Assembly (NCBI GenBank): GCA_023379935.1
Contig: JAMCPD010000017.1
Coordinates: 2,824-66,823 of the forward strand
Direction: 5' to 3'
Length of the DNA stretch: 64,000 nucleotides
From: Actinomycetota bacterium
GTDB lineage: Bacteria > Actinomycetota > Acidimicrobiia > Acidimicrobiales > JAMCPD01
The translations under genes were made by a program, and so were the position numbers. This document shows positions 20,101 through 26,570 of this stretch, piece by piece. Position 1 is the first letter of the stretch. The number at the start of each line of letters is the position of its first letter. Below the pieces are notes generated by a model. That model had not been told where the DNA came from, made no database searches, and was given only the letters and a program-made list of their open reading frames with translations.

Positions 20101-20621
20101 ACGGAGTTATAGCCGAGCTTTCGCCAACCGGGACTGTCTCTGTCTACAACTTATCAGGTTCAACAGATGTAATCATAGACGTAGTGGGTTACTTTACCTC
20201 TTCTACCTCTGGAACTCAATTTTTTGGGACCGTGCCCTATAGGATATGTGACACTAGGTCACAAACTCTGTCAAAGATAACAGATCAGTGCACCGGAAAC
20301 ACTATAACTGCAGGTCAAACTCTGTCAGTACAGGTATCTGGATATCAAGGGACTGCCGGTTCTTTGACAGGTGTTGTTCAAAAAAGCGCAAAAGCTGTTG
20401 TGCTAAACGTCACGGAAGCAGACGCTACCTCACCTTCTTATCTAACCGTTTATCCCGCCGGGGCCTCAAAACCTGCTTCATCAAACTTGAACTTCACCCA
20501 ATCTAGCGGAGCTATACCAAACTTTGTAACCGTACCTCTTAGCGCAGCAGGCAATATAGCAATCTACAACTACTTTGGTTCAACAGATGTGATTGTGGAT
20601 GTGGTTGGGTGGTATGGGTGA
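17193..20621 (+). CDS. Large secreted multi-repeat protein (signal peptide, ~15 Cys-pair repeats, IPT/TIG-like domain, 3 tandem ~140-aa C-terminal modules)
   Basis: 1142 aa. SD AAGGAGG at 17178-17184. N-terminal signal-like MIKRIFFGLLILTTLLTGVLAVTGSYA. No LPXTG or TM anchor at the C-terminus. Confidence 0.9.
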   Translation: MIKRIFFGLLILTTLLTGVLAVTGSYATATATISGATAGWSAPSPIPNTLSGSNGSLSTSYGLSCASQTFCVYVEANTPQSLVWDGTTWRLPATNAALQSVVCASTTFCMAGVEFANSVVVFNGSTWSAKTTIPVTPNSISCASSSFCVAAANDGQGDVSIYNGSSWSPATPIDPPPSGYAVLNTLTSVSCPSSSFCVAVDVGGNAITYSSGTWSTPLSVDGSNTINSVSCVSASFCVAVDDVGNELTYTSSGWSVSSVDTSSIAQVSCTSVSSCVAVDAAGNILTFNGSSWSSQLLDSAAGLAMVSCVTGFCLAIDLHNDFLANPLPSYPTLWSVTNWSSPVAFPSYDTQAASCVSTGSTAGCDQMVSCSSDTFCMFANYGSTFYYNGSNWSSPIPNNLPGATDAISCASSVFCVAVDNSGHGASFNGTAWTLFASVDGSTVINTVSCPSPVFCVAGDDSGDVVVFNGTSWSVPSAVSPVSITSVSCPSSSFCALANTNGQVVFYNSGSWSAPVDVDTTGSLSGLIEVSCSSLSFCVAIDDAGNEWTYNGISFQLGKQIAQESTTGISCGSSSICMTTAYSGNVIGWDGTLWSYPTNIDPSSIPGLRSISCPIVQFCMAVDEAGNYIIYNATSNTPTLSSILPISGPASGGTTVTLTGTNFSTATTGTTVSFGSNAATSVTCSSTTSCTATSPSGTGTVSVTVTTSDGTSNALSYTYTTYSGYNSLAPYRICDTRSLSVKGTFQNQCTGKTILPGGYLTIQVVGYQGNAASGASIVPNGAMAVVLNVTEASSTSSGYLTVYPAGATKPASSSLNFNQTTGAIPNLVQVSLGNTSGCSGCITVYNYNGNTDIAIDVEGYFGPVSQKGQGSFVPLTPYRICDTRSQTLSKITDQCTGKTISAGQTLSVQVSGYQGTAASPSQAVPQTGGAAVVLNVTEADSNQGGYLTVYPAGTPPVASNLNFAAGEIRPNGVIAELSPTGTVSVYNLSGSTDVIIDVVGYFTSSTSGTQFFGTVPYRICDTRSQTLSKITDQCTGNTITAGQTLSVQVSGYQGTAGSLTGVVQKSAKAVVLNVTEADATSPSYLTVYPAGASKPASSNLNFTQSSGAIPNFVTVPLSAAGNIAIYNYFGSTDVIVDVVGWYG
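17380..19085 (+). repeat. Intragenic array of ~15 degenerate ~40-aa repeats: (V/I)SC-x3-4-FC-(V/M)AVD-x2-GN-x3-Y-x-G-x-WS
   Basis: Counted in the translation, e.g. VSCPSSSFCVAVDVGGNAITYSSGTWS, VSCVSASFCVAVDDVGNELTYTSSGWS, ISCPIVQFCMAVDEAGNYIIYN. Confidence 0.85.
19098..19345 (+). other. IPT/TIG-like Ig-fold domain within the large protein
   Basis: PTLSSILPISGPASGGTTVTLTGTNFS...TVSFGSNAATSVTCSSTTSCTATSPSGTGTVSVTVTTSDGTSN matches the familiar IPT/TIG pattern (P-x-G-P-x-x-GGT-x-VTITGTNF ... V-x-FG). Confidence 0.6.
19380..20618 (+). repeat. Three tandem intragenic modules (441, 417 and ~381 bp), each starting PYRICDTRS and ending (V/I)DV-x-G(Y/W)(F/Y)G
   Basis: TATAG(A/G)ATATGTGACAC recurs at 19380, 19821 and 20238. 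Modules 2 and 3 are nearly identical over their first ~125 nt. Confidence 0.9.
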
Positions 20622-20707
20622 AACTTTAGCTTCCCATGTGTCAATGGCCATCGCGACAACTGACTTTTGGATAGCTGCCGTTAGTGTTATTCACATCTAA
20701 GTTCTTA

Positions 20708-20732
20708 TATGGAAGGATCTTGTCAAGTCACA
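20708..20732. repeat. Left terminal inverted repeat TATGGAAGGATCTTGTCAAGTCACA
   Basis: Exact reverse complement of 23340-23364. Begins (TA)TGG..., compatible with IS3-type TG...CA termini. Confidence 0.95.
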
Positions 20733-21362
20733 GACATTTTTTCTTTTATTAGAAAATAAAGCAAACTGCAATTCTGGTATCCGTGGGTTGTTTACCACTT
20801 TGTAACCTCCTTTGTCAGGGATTTGTGGGACACGGAATTTTGAAATAAGACACAAAGGGACGAGCCATTGACCAACCCAAGATTCTTTTTGAAAATACAT
20901 CTAAAATACAGACCAAAAACAGCCATCCTTCTTTGGTTGTCAATGATAGGTTAAGTCACTTACTAAGAGTTGGTCTAAGTCTTCTGCATGAAAGCTACGA
21001 TTTACTAAATCAGGACTGTATGTAGCCTTTTTGTCAGCTTTCGTGGTCCTAATCTTTTTTCTTGGCACATGCTCCACTAATTCCTAATTCCACCATCAAT
21101 GTGGCTACTTTCTTCTTTGAAATGTGGGTACCTTTAGCACGTAGTGCAAAGGTGATCTTAGGGGCACCGTAGTTGCATCTTGACTTCTCATAGCACTTGA
21201 CTGACCAGGCTTTTTGAGGCATTCCTTTCTACTTGTCTCTTTTGTTTGGAATCTGCAACTTTTACCCAGTCGTAATAGCTTGACCTTTCGACCTTCACAA
21301 ACCCTGCATAAAATCTTTATAGGAAATTCCACCTTCTGGGAAGAGATTAACTGGTATATCAT
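20733..21362 (-). pseudogene. IS3-family transposase OrfB (DDE integrase part), frameshifted and truncated
   Basis: IS3 OrfB-like segments lie in three different frames: FPIKILCRVCE | VSRSSYYDW ; YGAPKITFALRAKGTHISKKKVATLMVELGISGACAKKKIRTTKADKKATYSPDLVNRSF ; SDLTY..KEGWLFLVCILDVFSKRILGWSMA. Only ~210 codons remain before the IR, and the HSDxGxQY and E regions are missing. Confidence 0.8.
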
Positions 21363-21622
21363 CTCCCGTTTGTCTCCTTCACCCAGAAGGCCGCAAAGCG
21401 TTTTAAGATTTCCCGCTCCATTCTAAGCTCCTCATTTTCCTTTTTGCCCAGCTTCAACTGTTCTTCCATTGACAAAGGCTTAACTCCGTCATTTTCATTG
21501 CCTACCTTCTTTATCCATGCCCTCAAAGTAGCTTCAGATACTCCCAGCTCTCTTGCGATCTGGGTAACCGGCCTGGAACTTGAATTGACAAGCTTTACGG
21601 CATCAGCTTTGAACTCACTCAA
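21359..21622 (-). CDS. IS3-family transposase OrfA (HTH), possibly N-terminally frameshifted
   Basis: SEFKADAVKLVNSSSRPVTQIARELGVSEATLRAWIKK plus a leucine-zipper-like tail. An SD-preceded ATG at 21656 (MENKKKIKPFF) is out of frame by one base across an A6/T6 run (21621-21626). Confidence 0.7.
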   Translation of the reverse strand: MSEFKADAVKLVNSSSRPVTQIARELGVSEATLRAWIKKVGNENDGVKPLSMEEQLKLGKKENEELRMEREILKRFAAFWVKETNGR

Positions 21623-21697
21623 AAAAGAAAGGCTTGATTTTCTTTTTGTTTTCCATATACATATTCTCCTTTATTTTTTAGGTTCGTATGTACGGAA

Positions 21698-22573
21698 TTA
21701 GGGGGTAGGTGCAAGATATGTAGACACAAGGGATTTTGCCTGTTCAATTATAGATACAACCGTATCCCTATCATCCAGCATACGTCGTACAGTACCATAG
21801 ACAAAGCGCTCCATCTCAGCGGTAAATTTTTTCTGATAATAATGTGTACTCATTTCTTTAAGCCGCGCACTGGTGCTGACAGTAAATTGATTCAAGTCTA
21901 TACGGTAATCACTCAATTTCTTCTGAATTAAGTTACTCACTTGTACCCGATCAAGGTTGCGGTCAGACAAACCCCACAAATCCCAAATGTCACGGTACGT
22001 AACATACCTGCGAACGCCGAACGCTATCACCTTATCCGCTGCAATCTCTTCCAACGATTCGACAGGCACAAAAAGCGAGGTATATACAGTTTCGAGGTCG
22101 CGAGTTAATGTGTGTATCCTTTTCTGCGTATTTCTCGTATACGCTGGTATGTTGGCTACTTCAATCTGTATCATTTCAGATTGTTTATTTGCACGATTAC
22201 TATCAGGTATCCTAATGATTGCCTTCCATGTTGCAATCCCTGTAGCCCCAATCCGAGGCTTTACTGTAACTGCTAAACTATACCTCTGTCCAATTTTTTG
22301 AGATAATGCTAATTCAAATTCGTCCATGATGTGTGGATCAAAATTAATTCCACCAACGAAATCAAGGTCCTCGGAGAACCGCATTTCGTTATAGCTCAGA
22401 TGCAATGCAGTTCCACCCTGAAATGTAAGTGTTTGGAGTACATCCATTTCTAAAAGTGCGTTAAGAATTTCGTACTGTATAAGCTCTCTCACGACAGATC
22501 GTGTTGACGTATCTTGTTCCCTTGCAATTGAATTAGCCAATGCAAGAATGTCGGTGAAATTACGCGCCAACAT
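21698..22573 (-). CDS. abiEii: AbiEii/AbiGii-family nucleotidyltransferase toxin (type IV TA)
   Basis: 291 aa. FQGGTALHLSYNEMRFSEDLDF, the hallmark NTase motif of the AbiEii family. 14-nt overlap with the upstream antitoxin gene. Confidence 0.85.
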   Translation of the reverse strand: MLARNFTDILALANSIAREQDTSTRSVVRELIQYEILNALLEMDVLQTLTFQGGTALHLSYNEMRFSEDLDFVGGINFDPHIMDEFELALSQKIGQRYSLAVTVKPRIGATGIATWKAIIRIPDSNRANKQSEMIQIEVANIPAYTRNTQKRIHTLTRDLETVYTSLFVPVESLEEIAADKVIAFGVRRYVTYRDIWDLWGLSDRNLDRVQVSNLIQKKLSDYRIDLNQFTVSTSARLKEMSTHYYQKKFTAEMERFVYGTVRRMLDDRDTVVSIIEQAKSLVSTYLAPTP

Positions 22574-23120
22574 GGGCTGCTTTCATCTCTGTCATATCCT
22601 CCTCATCAGGGATCTCAACTAAATCGAGACAACGACCAACGTGTTTTAGGTCTGTATAAGCCCGCTCAGGTGTTGCAACCCAACACCCATAGGCGGAATT
22701 GAAATAGATACCCGATGAATCTTGCGATTCTGTATGAGTAAATTCAAGCCTGCCGTAACAGGTGTAAAAAACACCGGAGCGACCTGTAGTCATAAAGGTC
22801 TCACACATTGGAATCTGTGAAATCCATCCGGCATCCGACAACACTGCTTCCAGCGACAGGTATGAAAATTCAAGAGGATGAAGCATTGGGGTGGCATGTA
22901 GCAACGTATAATATTCAGGAATAGACAGGGCGCGTGGATTGACAAATACGCCTTTTGTAAATCGCTGGAGCAATCCTGTTTTACAATGGCGGGCAAGCGA
23001 AGTCCTCAATGTTTCGCGTGACTCATCAGGAAATAGTAGCGCCATACGCGGCATATCCAATACCCAGACACCTTGGCGATCAAGCTCATCTAATTTTTGC
23101 AGTAGGTCCATTGCTCTCAT
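22560..23120 (-). CDS. abiEi: AbiEi-family antitoxin / transcriptional regulator
   Basis: 186 aa. N-terminal wHTH-like segment (LRTSLARHCKTGLLQRFTKGVFVNP) and C-terminal SLEAVLSDAGWISQIP...FMTTG, typical of AbiEi. Confidence 0.8.
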   Translation of the reverse strand: MRAMDLLQKLDELDRQGVWVLDMPRMALLFPDESRETLRTSLARHCKTGLLQRFTKGVFVNPRALSIPEYYTLLHATPMLHPLEFSYLSLEAVLSDAGWISQIPMCETFMTTGRSGVFYTCYGRLEFTHTESQDSSGIYFNSAYGCWVATPERAYTDLKHVGRCLDLVEIPDEEDMTEMKAAHVGA

Positions 23121-23127
23121 GACATCT

Positions 23128-23157
23128 ATTGTAACACATAGTATAAGAATATGTCAA
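23128..23157 (-). promoter_or_regulatory. Near-consensus promoter of abiEi-abiEii: TTGACA-18 bp-TACAAT, 7 nt before the ATG (leaderless)
   Basis: Reverse-complement reading: TTGACA (23157-23152), TACAAT (23133-23128), ATG at 23120. 7-bp inverted repeats CACATAG/CTATGTG (23135-23141 / 23170-23176) flank the -35. Confidence 0.6.
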
Positions 23158-23339
23158 GTTAGTGTAGACCTATGTGGCTCTTGATCCGCTGAAAGAGGCT
23201 CTTCGGATTAGAGTGGGGCACAGGTCCACCTATCGAAGCCTGAATTATGGCAGGATGAGTGTATGCCAAAACGTAGACATTTACCTGAAAACCTTATAAC
23301 TGGTCCTACACGCATAAATGAAGTACTTGTTGGTCTACA

Positions 23340-23364
23340 TGTGACTTGACAAGATCCTTCCATA
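23340..23364. repeat. Right terminal inverted repeat TGTGACTTGACAAGATCCTTCCATA
   Basis: Exact reverse complement of 20708-20732. Confidence 0.95.
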
Positions 23365-23544
23365 CCAACCGTTTATCCCGTCGGAGGTATGAAACCTGCT
23401 TCATCAAACTTGAACTTCACCCAATCTAGCAAAGCTGTAGCAAACTTTGTAACCGTACCCCTTAGCGCAGCAGGCAATATAGCAATCTACAACTACTTTG
23501 GTTCAACCGATGTGATTGTGGATGTGGTTGGGTGGTATGGGTGA
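23365..23544 (+). pseudogene. Orphan 3' fragment (last 59 codons plus stop) of a paralogue/ancestral copy of the large repeat-protein gene
   Basis: In frame it reads PTVYPVGGMKPASSNLNFTQSSKAVANFVTVPLSAAGNIAIYNYFGSTDVIVDVVGWYG*. Manual alignment to 20442-20621 gives 14 mismatches in 180 nt. It starts exactly at the IR end. Confidence 0.85.
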
Positions 23545-23573
23545 AATCGCGAGATACAACACGGCTAAATATG

Positions 23574-23603
23574 CAACAGATTCATTGCCAACTGTTGTTT
23601 TTT
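23574..23603 (+). terminator. Candidate intrinsic terminator downstream of the gene fragment
   Basis: Stem CAACAG (23574-23579) / CTGTTG (23592-23597), 12-nt loop, then TTTTTT. Weak stem. Confidence 0.4.
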
Positions 23604-23639
23604 AAACAAAGCTGTTTTTATTAAGCCAAACTGTTAATT

Positions 23640-24218
23640 GTGAATATAGATATACCCCGAGCTGAAAAAGCAATTAAAGAGTTACTGCTGTCTATAGGAG
23701 AAGATCCGGATAGGGAGGGTTTAAAGAATACTCCCAAGAGAGTGGCGGCAATGTGCAAAGAGTTGCTTGCCGGTATGAGTAAAGATCCCGCAAAACAGTT
23801 GGTTGTAACTTTCATGGCTGAACATGATGAAATGGTCATGATTCGTGATATTCCCCTTGCATCTGTTTGTGAACATCATCTGCTGCCTTTTATAGGCAAA
23901 GCACATATTGCATATATACCGGATGTGACAGGTCGTGTTACTGGTTTGTCCAAACTGGCCCGCTTGGTAGACTTGTATGCTAAGCGTTTACAGCTTCAAG
24001 AAAGATTAACAACTCAAATAGCTGATACGATCGAACAGGTACTTGTCCCCCGCGGAGTTTTAGTGGTGATTGAAGCTGAGCACCTGTGTATGTCCATGAG
24101 GGGAGTTAACAAACCGGGCAGTTTGACGATTACTTCGGCGGTAAGGGGCATGTTCAAAACCAACACCTCCACCAGAGTTGAAGCTATGCAGTTTATACAG
24201 GGTGGCATTGGCAGATGA
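23640..24218 (+). CDS. folE: GTP cyclohydrolase I
   Basis: 192 aa. [37 protein letters not shown] start. Confidence 0.95.
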   Translation: MNIDIPRAEKAIKELLLSIGEDPDREGLKNTPKRVAAMCKELLAGMSKDPAKQLVVTFMAEHDEMVMIRDIPLASVCEHHLLPFIGKAHIAYIPDVTGRVTGLSKLARLVDLYAKRLQLQERLTTQIADTIEQVLVPRGVLVVIEAEHLCMSMRGVNKPGSLTITSAVRGMFKTNTSTRVEAMQFIQGGIGR

Positions 24219-25030
24219 TTGATACCAGCGAGCCGCTGTCTTATCAATATCCGCCCTCATCTCCTCTTGTTATGGGCATACTCAATGTCACTCCGGACTC
24301 CTTTTATGACGGCGGTAATTTTTTTGACCACGGTTCTGCTATAGAAAGAGGGTTTCAAATGATTGAACAGGGGGCAAACATTATCGACATAGGCGGCGAA
24401 TCTTCTCGTCCGGGTGCGCTCCCAGTTGACGGAGAAGAAGAGATGAGAAGGGTACTGCCTGTTGTAAAGGAGTTGGCAGGCTGTGTAAGAATTTCTGTTG
24501 ATACGCGCAAAGCTTCAGTGGCATATGCTGCAATTGAAGAGGGTGCAACCTTACTTAACGATATCTCGGCATCCTTGTGGCCGGTGGCCGTTCAATGTAA
24601 AGTCGGCTATGTGACTATGCATATGAGGGGCATACCCAAGAATATGCAGGATAGTCCCCAGTATCAAAATGTAGTAGACGAAGTTAGTGAATTTTTGTTT
24701 AACACTGCGGATAAAGCGAGAAGTGAAGGGCTGGAAGAGATATGGATAGATCCCGGAATAGGTTTTGGTAAAACGTTACAACATAATTTAAGTTTGTTAC
24801 GCCATATTGATGTATTGGTAACATCAAACTATCCGGTTTTAATAGGAACGAGTCGCAAATCGTTCATAGGTGTTGTAAATTCTTTATATGATGACCGTGC
24901 CCCACTACCTCTGGATATGCGACTAGAGGGTTCGATAGCCAGTGCCGTTTGGGCCATGGCAGCTGGAGTTTCAATGGTCCGGGTGCATGATGTTAAAGCG
25001 ACGGTACAAGCTTTGAAACTGGTGTGTTAA
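24215..25030 (+). CDS. folP: Dihydropteroate synthase
   Basis: 271 aa. [32 protein letters not shown]. 4-nt overlap with folE. Confidence 0.95.
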   Translation: MIDTSEPLSYQYPPSSPLVMGILNVTPDSFYDGGNFFDHGSAIERGFQMIEQGANIIDIGGESSRPGALPVDGEEEMRRVLPVVKELAGCVRISVDTRKASVAYAAIEEGATLLNDISASLWPVAVQCKVGYVTMHMRGIPKNMQDSPQYQNVVDEVSEFLFNTADKARSEGLEEIWIDPGIGFGKTLQHNLSLLRHIDVLVTSNYPVLIGTSRKSFIGVVNSLYDDRAPLPLDMRLEGSIASAVWAMAAGVSMVRVHDVKATVQALKLVC

Positions 25031-25533
25031 AAATGAAGAGTAAGTGGGCATCCGGCATAAAGCCCCATAATTTTGTATGGATATTCCAAGGTTCCCTGGC
25101 TGTTTGTGAACGCCCGGGGGGGGTCAGAGAAGTGCACAGAAAAGTACGGCGTACGGAAGAACTTATATGGATTAAACGGGAAGGATTTACGAGGATAGTG
25201 TCGCTGCTTGTTTCTCCTCATAATTTAACCGCTTACGGAGAGCTTTCTTTGTACTATTCACATATACCCCTGTTGTCATCCGGGGATGTCTCTGAAACAT
25301 TAACCGTGTTATATACCAGGTTGGACAGGTGGCTGTCGGCTAAGGAAAAAGTTTTGCTGCATCAAGAGGAGGTTTCCGACAGGGTTATGGGAGTAGTTGC
25401 CGGTTATCTGCTGTGGTCCAAGAAGATAAAAGATGCTCCCGAGGCAACTGTAGTTATAGAGCGTATTGTGGGCCGTCCAATGGGGTTTCGGGGAAGAGAG
25501 CTGGTGGCTATGATGAGTGATGTGATAGCTTGA
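25024..25533 (+). CDS. Dual-specificity/PTP-fold phosphatase-like protein with degenerate P-loop (predicted catalytically dead)
   Basis: 169 aa. NFVWIFQGSLAVCERPGG, IPLLSSGD and VLLHQEEVSDRVMGVVAGYLLW align with DSP landmarks NFSWV..G.LA, IP..D and VLVHCxxGxxR(S/T)G..A.YL. The start is GTG 25024 or ATG 25033. 4-nt overlap with folB. Confidence 0.65.
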   Translation: MLKMKSKWASGIKPHNFVWIFQGSLAVCERPGGVREVHRKVRRTEELIWIKREGFTRIVSLLVSPHNLTAYGELSLYYSHIPLLSSGDVSETLTVLYTRLDRWLSAKEKVLLHQEEVSDRVMGVVAGYLLWSKKIKDAPEATVVIERIVGRPMGFRGRELVAMMSDVIA

Positions 25534-25898
25534 TAATAGAGATAAAAGGCCTAAAGGTGATGGGAAGGCATGGAGTACATGCTTTCGAACGCCAGTATTT
25601 ACAACCGTTTGAGGTAGATCTGGAGGTAAAAGTTGACCTTTCCTCAACCGGCACAACAGATTCTTTGGACAACACCGTAGACTATGCAACCTTGGCTGAT
25701 AAAGTTGAGCGGGTTGTCGCCGGAAATACGTTTTACCTATTGGAAACGGTTGCCGACTCAATCGTTTCGGAGGTATTAAAAGATTCCAGAATCCAAGCTG
25801 TAACTGTAGCTGTATACAAGTTGAGACCGCAACTGAATGTTCACTTAGATAAGGTAGGGGTGAAGATTGAAAAAACCAGGACCGCTGGGAGCGAATAA
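25530..25898 (+). CDS. folB: Dihydroneopterin aldolase
   Basis: 122 aa. GLKVMGRHGVHAFERQ ... DYATLADKV, typical of FolB. Confidence 0.9.
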   Translation: MIIEIKGLKVMGRHGVHAFERQYLQPFEVDLEVKVDLSSTGTTDSLDNTVDYATLADKVERVVAGNTFYLLETVADSIVSEVLKDSRIQAVTVAVYKLRPQLNVHLDKVGVKIEKTRTAGSE

Positions 25899-26391
25899 TG
25901 GCAGTGCCAGGACGTTCATAGGTCTTGGCTCGAACATATCCCCGCGCTTGGGTTATTTAAAACAGGCTGTTATTAAAATGTCACATTTTGATGCCCTTCG
26001 TTTATCTGCAGTTTCATCCATATATGAGACCTCACCCGTAGGCGGACCGAAAGACCAGGCTTTTTATCTCAATATGGTTGTGGAGCTGTATACAGCTTTA
26101 TCTGCCCGGCAACTTTTGGCCTTTACGCAACAGTTGGAAGCCGATGCCAACCGCACGCGCTTAGTCAGGTGGGGACCGCGTACTTTAGATGTTGACATAC
26201 TGTTGGTAGGCGATTTGAAGGTAAATGAGCCCGATTTAGAAGTTCCGCATCCTTTAATGTACAAACGACGCTTTGTTCTTGCTCCTCTTAGAGAGTTGGC
26301 TCCGGAGTTAGTTGATACATGTTGTTATAATAAAGCCGTCGGGAAGGTGAAAAAGGTTGCCGTCATGGATCTTCAAAAATTTTGGAAGTAG
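25867..26391 (+). CDS. folK: 2-amino-4-hydroxy-6-hydroxymethyldihydropteridine pyrophosphokinase
   Basis: 174 aa. GLGSN, RWGPRTLDVDILL, PHPLMYKRRFVLAPL. 32-nt overlap with folB. Confidence 0.9.
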   Translation: MKKPGPLGANNGSARTFIGLGSNISPRLGYLKQAVIKMSHFDALRLSAVSSIYETSPVGGPKDQAFYLNMVVELYTALSARQLLAFTQQLEADANRTRLVRWGPRTLDVDILLVGDLKVNEPDLEVPHPLMYKRRFVLAPLRELAPELVDTCCYNKAVGKVKKVAVMDLQKFWK

Positions 26392-26419
26392 TTGATTTGT
26401 TGCGTATTTGTGGTATAAT
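26392..26419 (+). promoter_or_regulatory. Near-consensus promoter: TTGATT-16 bp-TG-n-TATAAT (extended -10)
   Basis: TTGATT 26392-26397. TGGTATAAT with TATAAT at 26414-26419. Followed by a ~150-nt leader before the GTG at 26571. Confidence 0.5.
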
Positions 26420-26570
26420 AAATTTAAGTAAAAAAATACAAATGGTGTGTAGCGCTATGAGCGAACGGTACCTTTAGTCGGATAAGGGCCGGAACGTAAA
26501 AGGAGCTTTAGTTGTTTATCGTACAACAGAAATTAAACAGGATGGGGGTCTATAAAGTGGGGGGCGTTTT

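Larger units (their letters stand above)
20708..23364. mobile_element. IR-bounded 2.66-kb cassette: decayed IS3-family transposase plus AbiEi/AbiEii module
   Basis: Perfect 25-bp terminal inverted repeats (see repeat features). Transposase remnants and the TA pair lie inside. No target-site duplication beyond an ambiguous TA. Confidence 0.75.

Noticed and set aside
20697-20900. 67-aa minus-strand ORF reading across the left IR
   Set aside because: It is one of the broken frames of the IS3 OrfB remnant (it follows ...FSKRILGWSMA in a shifted frame). It is not an independent gene.
21359-21460. Programmed -1 frameshift site joining IS3 OrfA and OrfB
   Set aside because: I looked for the A-AAA-AAG slippery heptamer. 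Only CAAAAAG (five A) occurs, in GKKENEEL, and OrfB is additionally broken downstream. So I treat the transposase as decayed rather than frameshift-expressed.
25309-25761. 150-aa minus-strand ORF spanning the phosphatase-like gene and folB
   Set aside because: It is antisense to translationally coupled operon genes, and its translation is Pro/Leu/Ser-rich with no motifs.
26420-26570. Assignment of the pan-operon leader to a known riboswitch (e.g. the pan RNA motif)
   Set aside because: I cannot recognise the conserved features of any riboswitch class by eye. I therefore report it only as an unexplained leader, not as an ncRNA feature.
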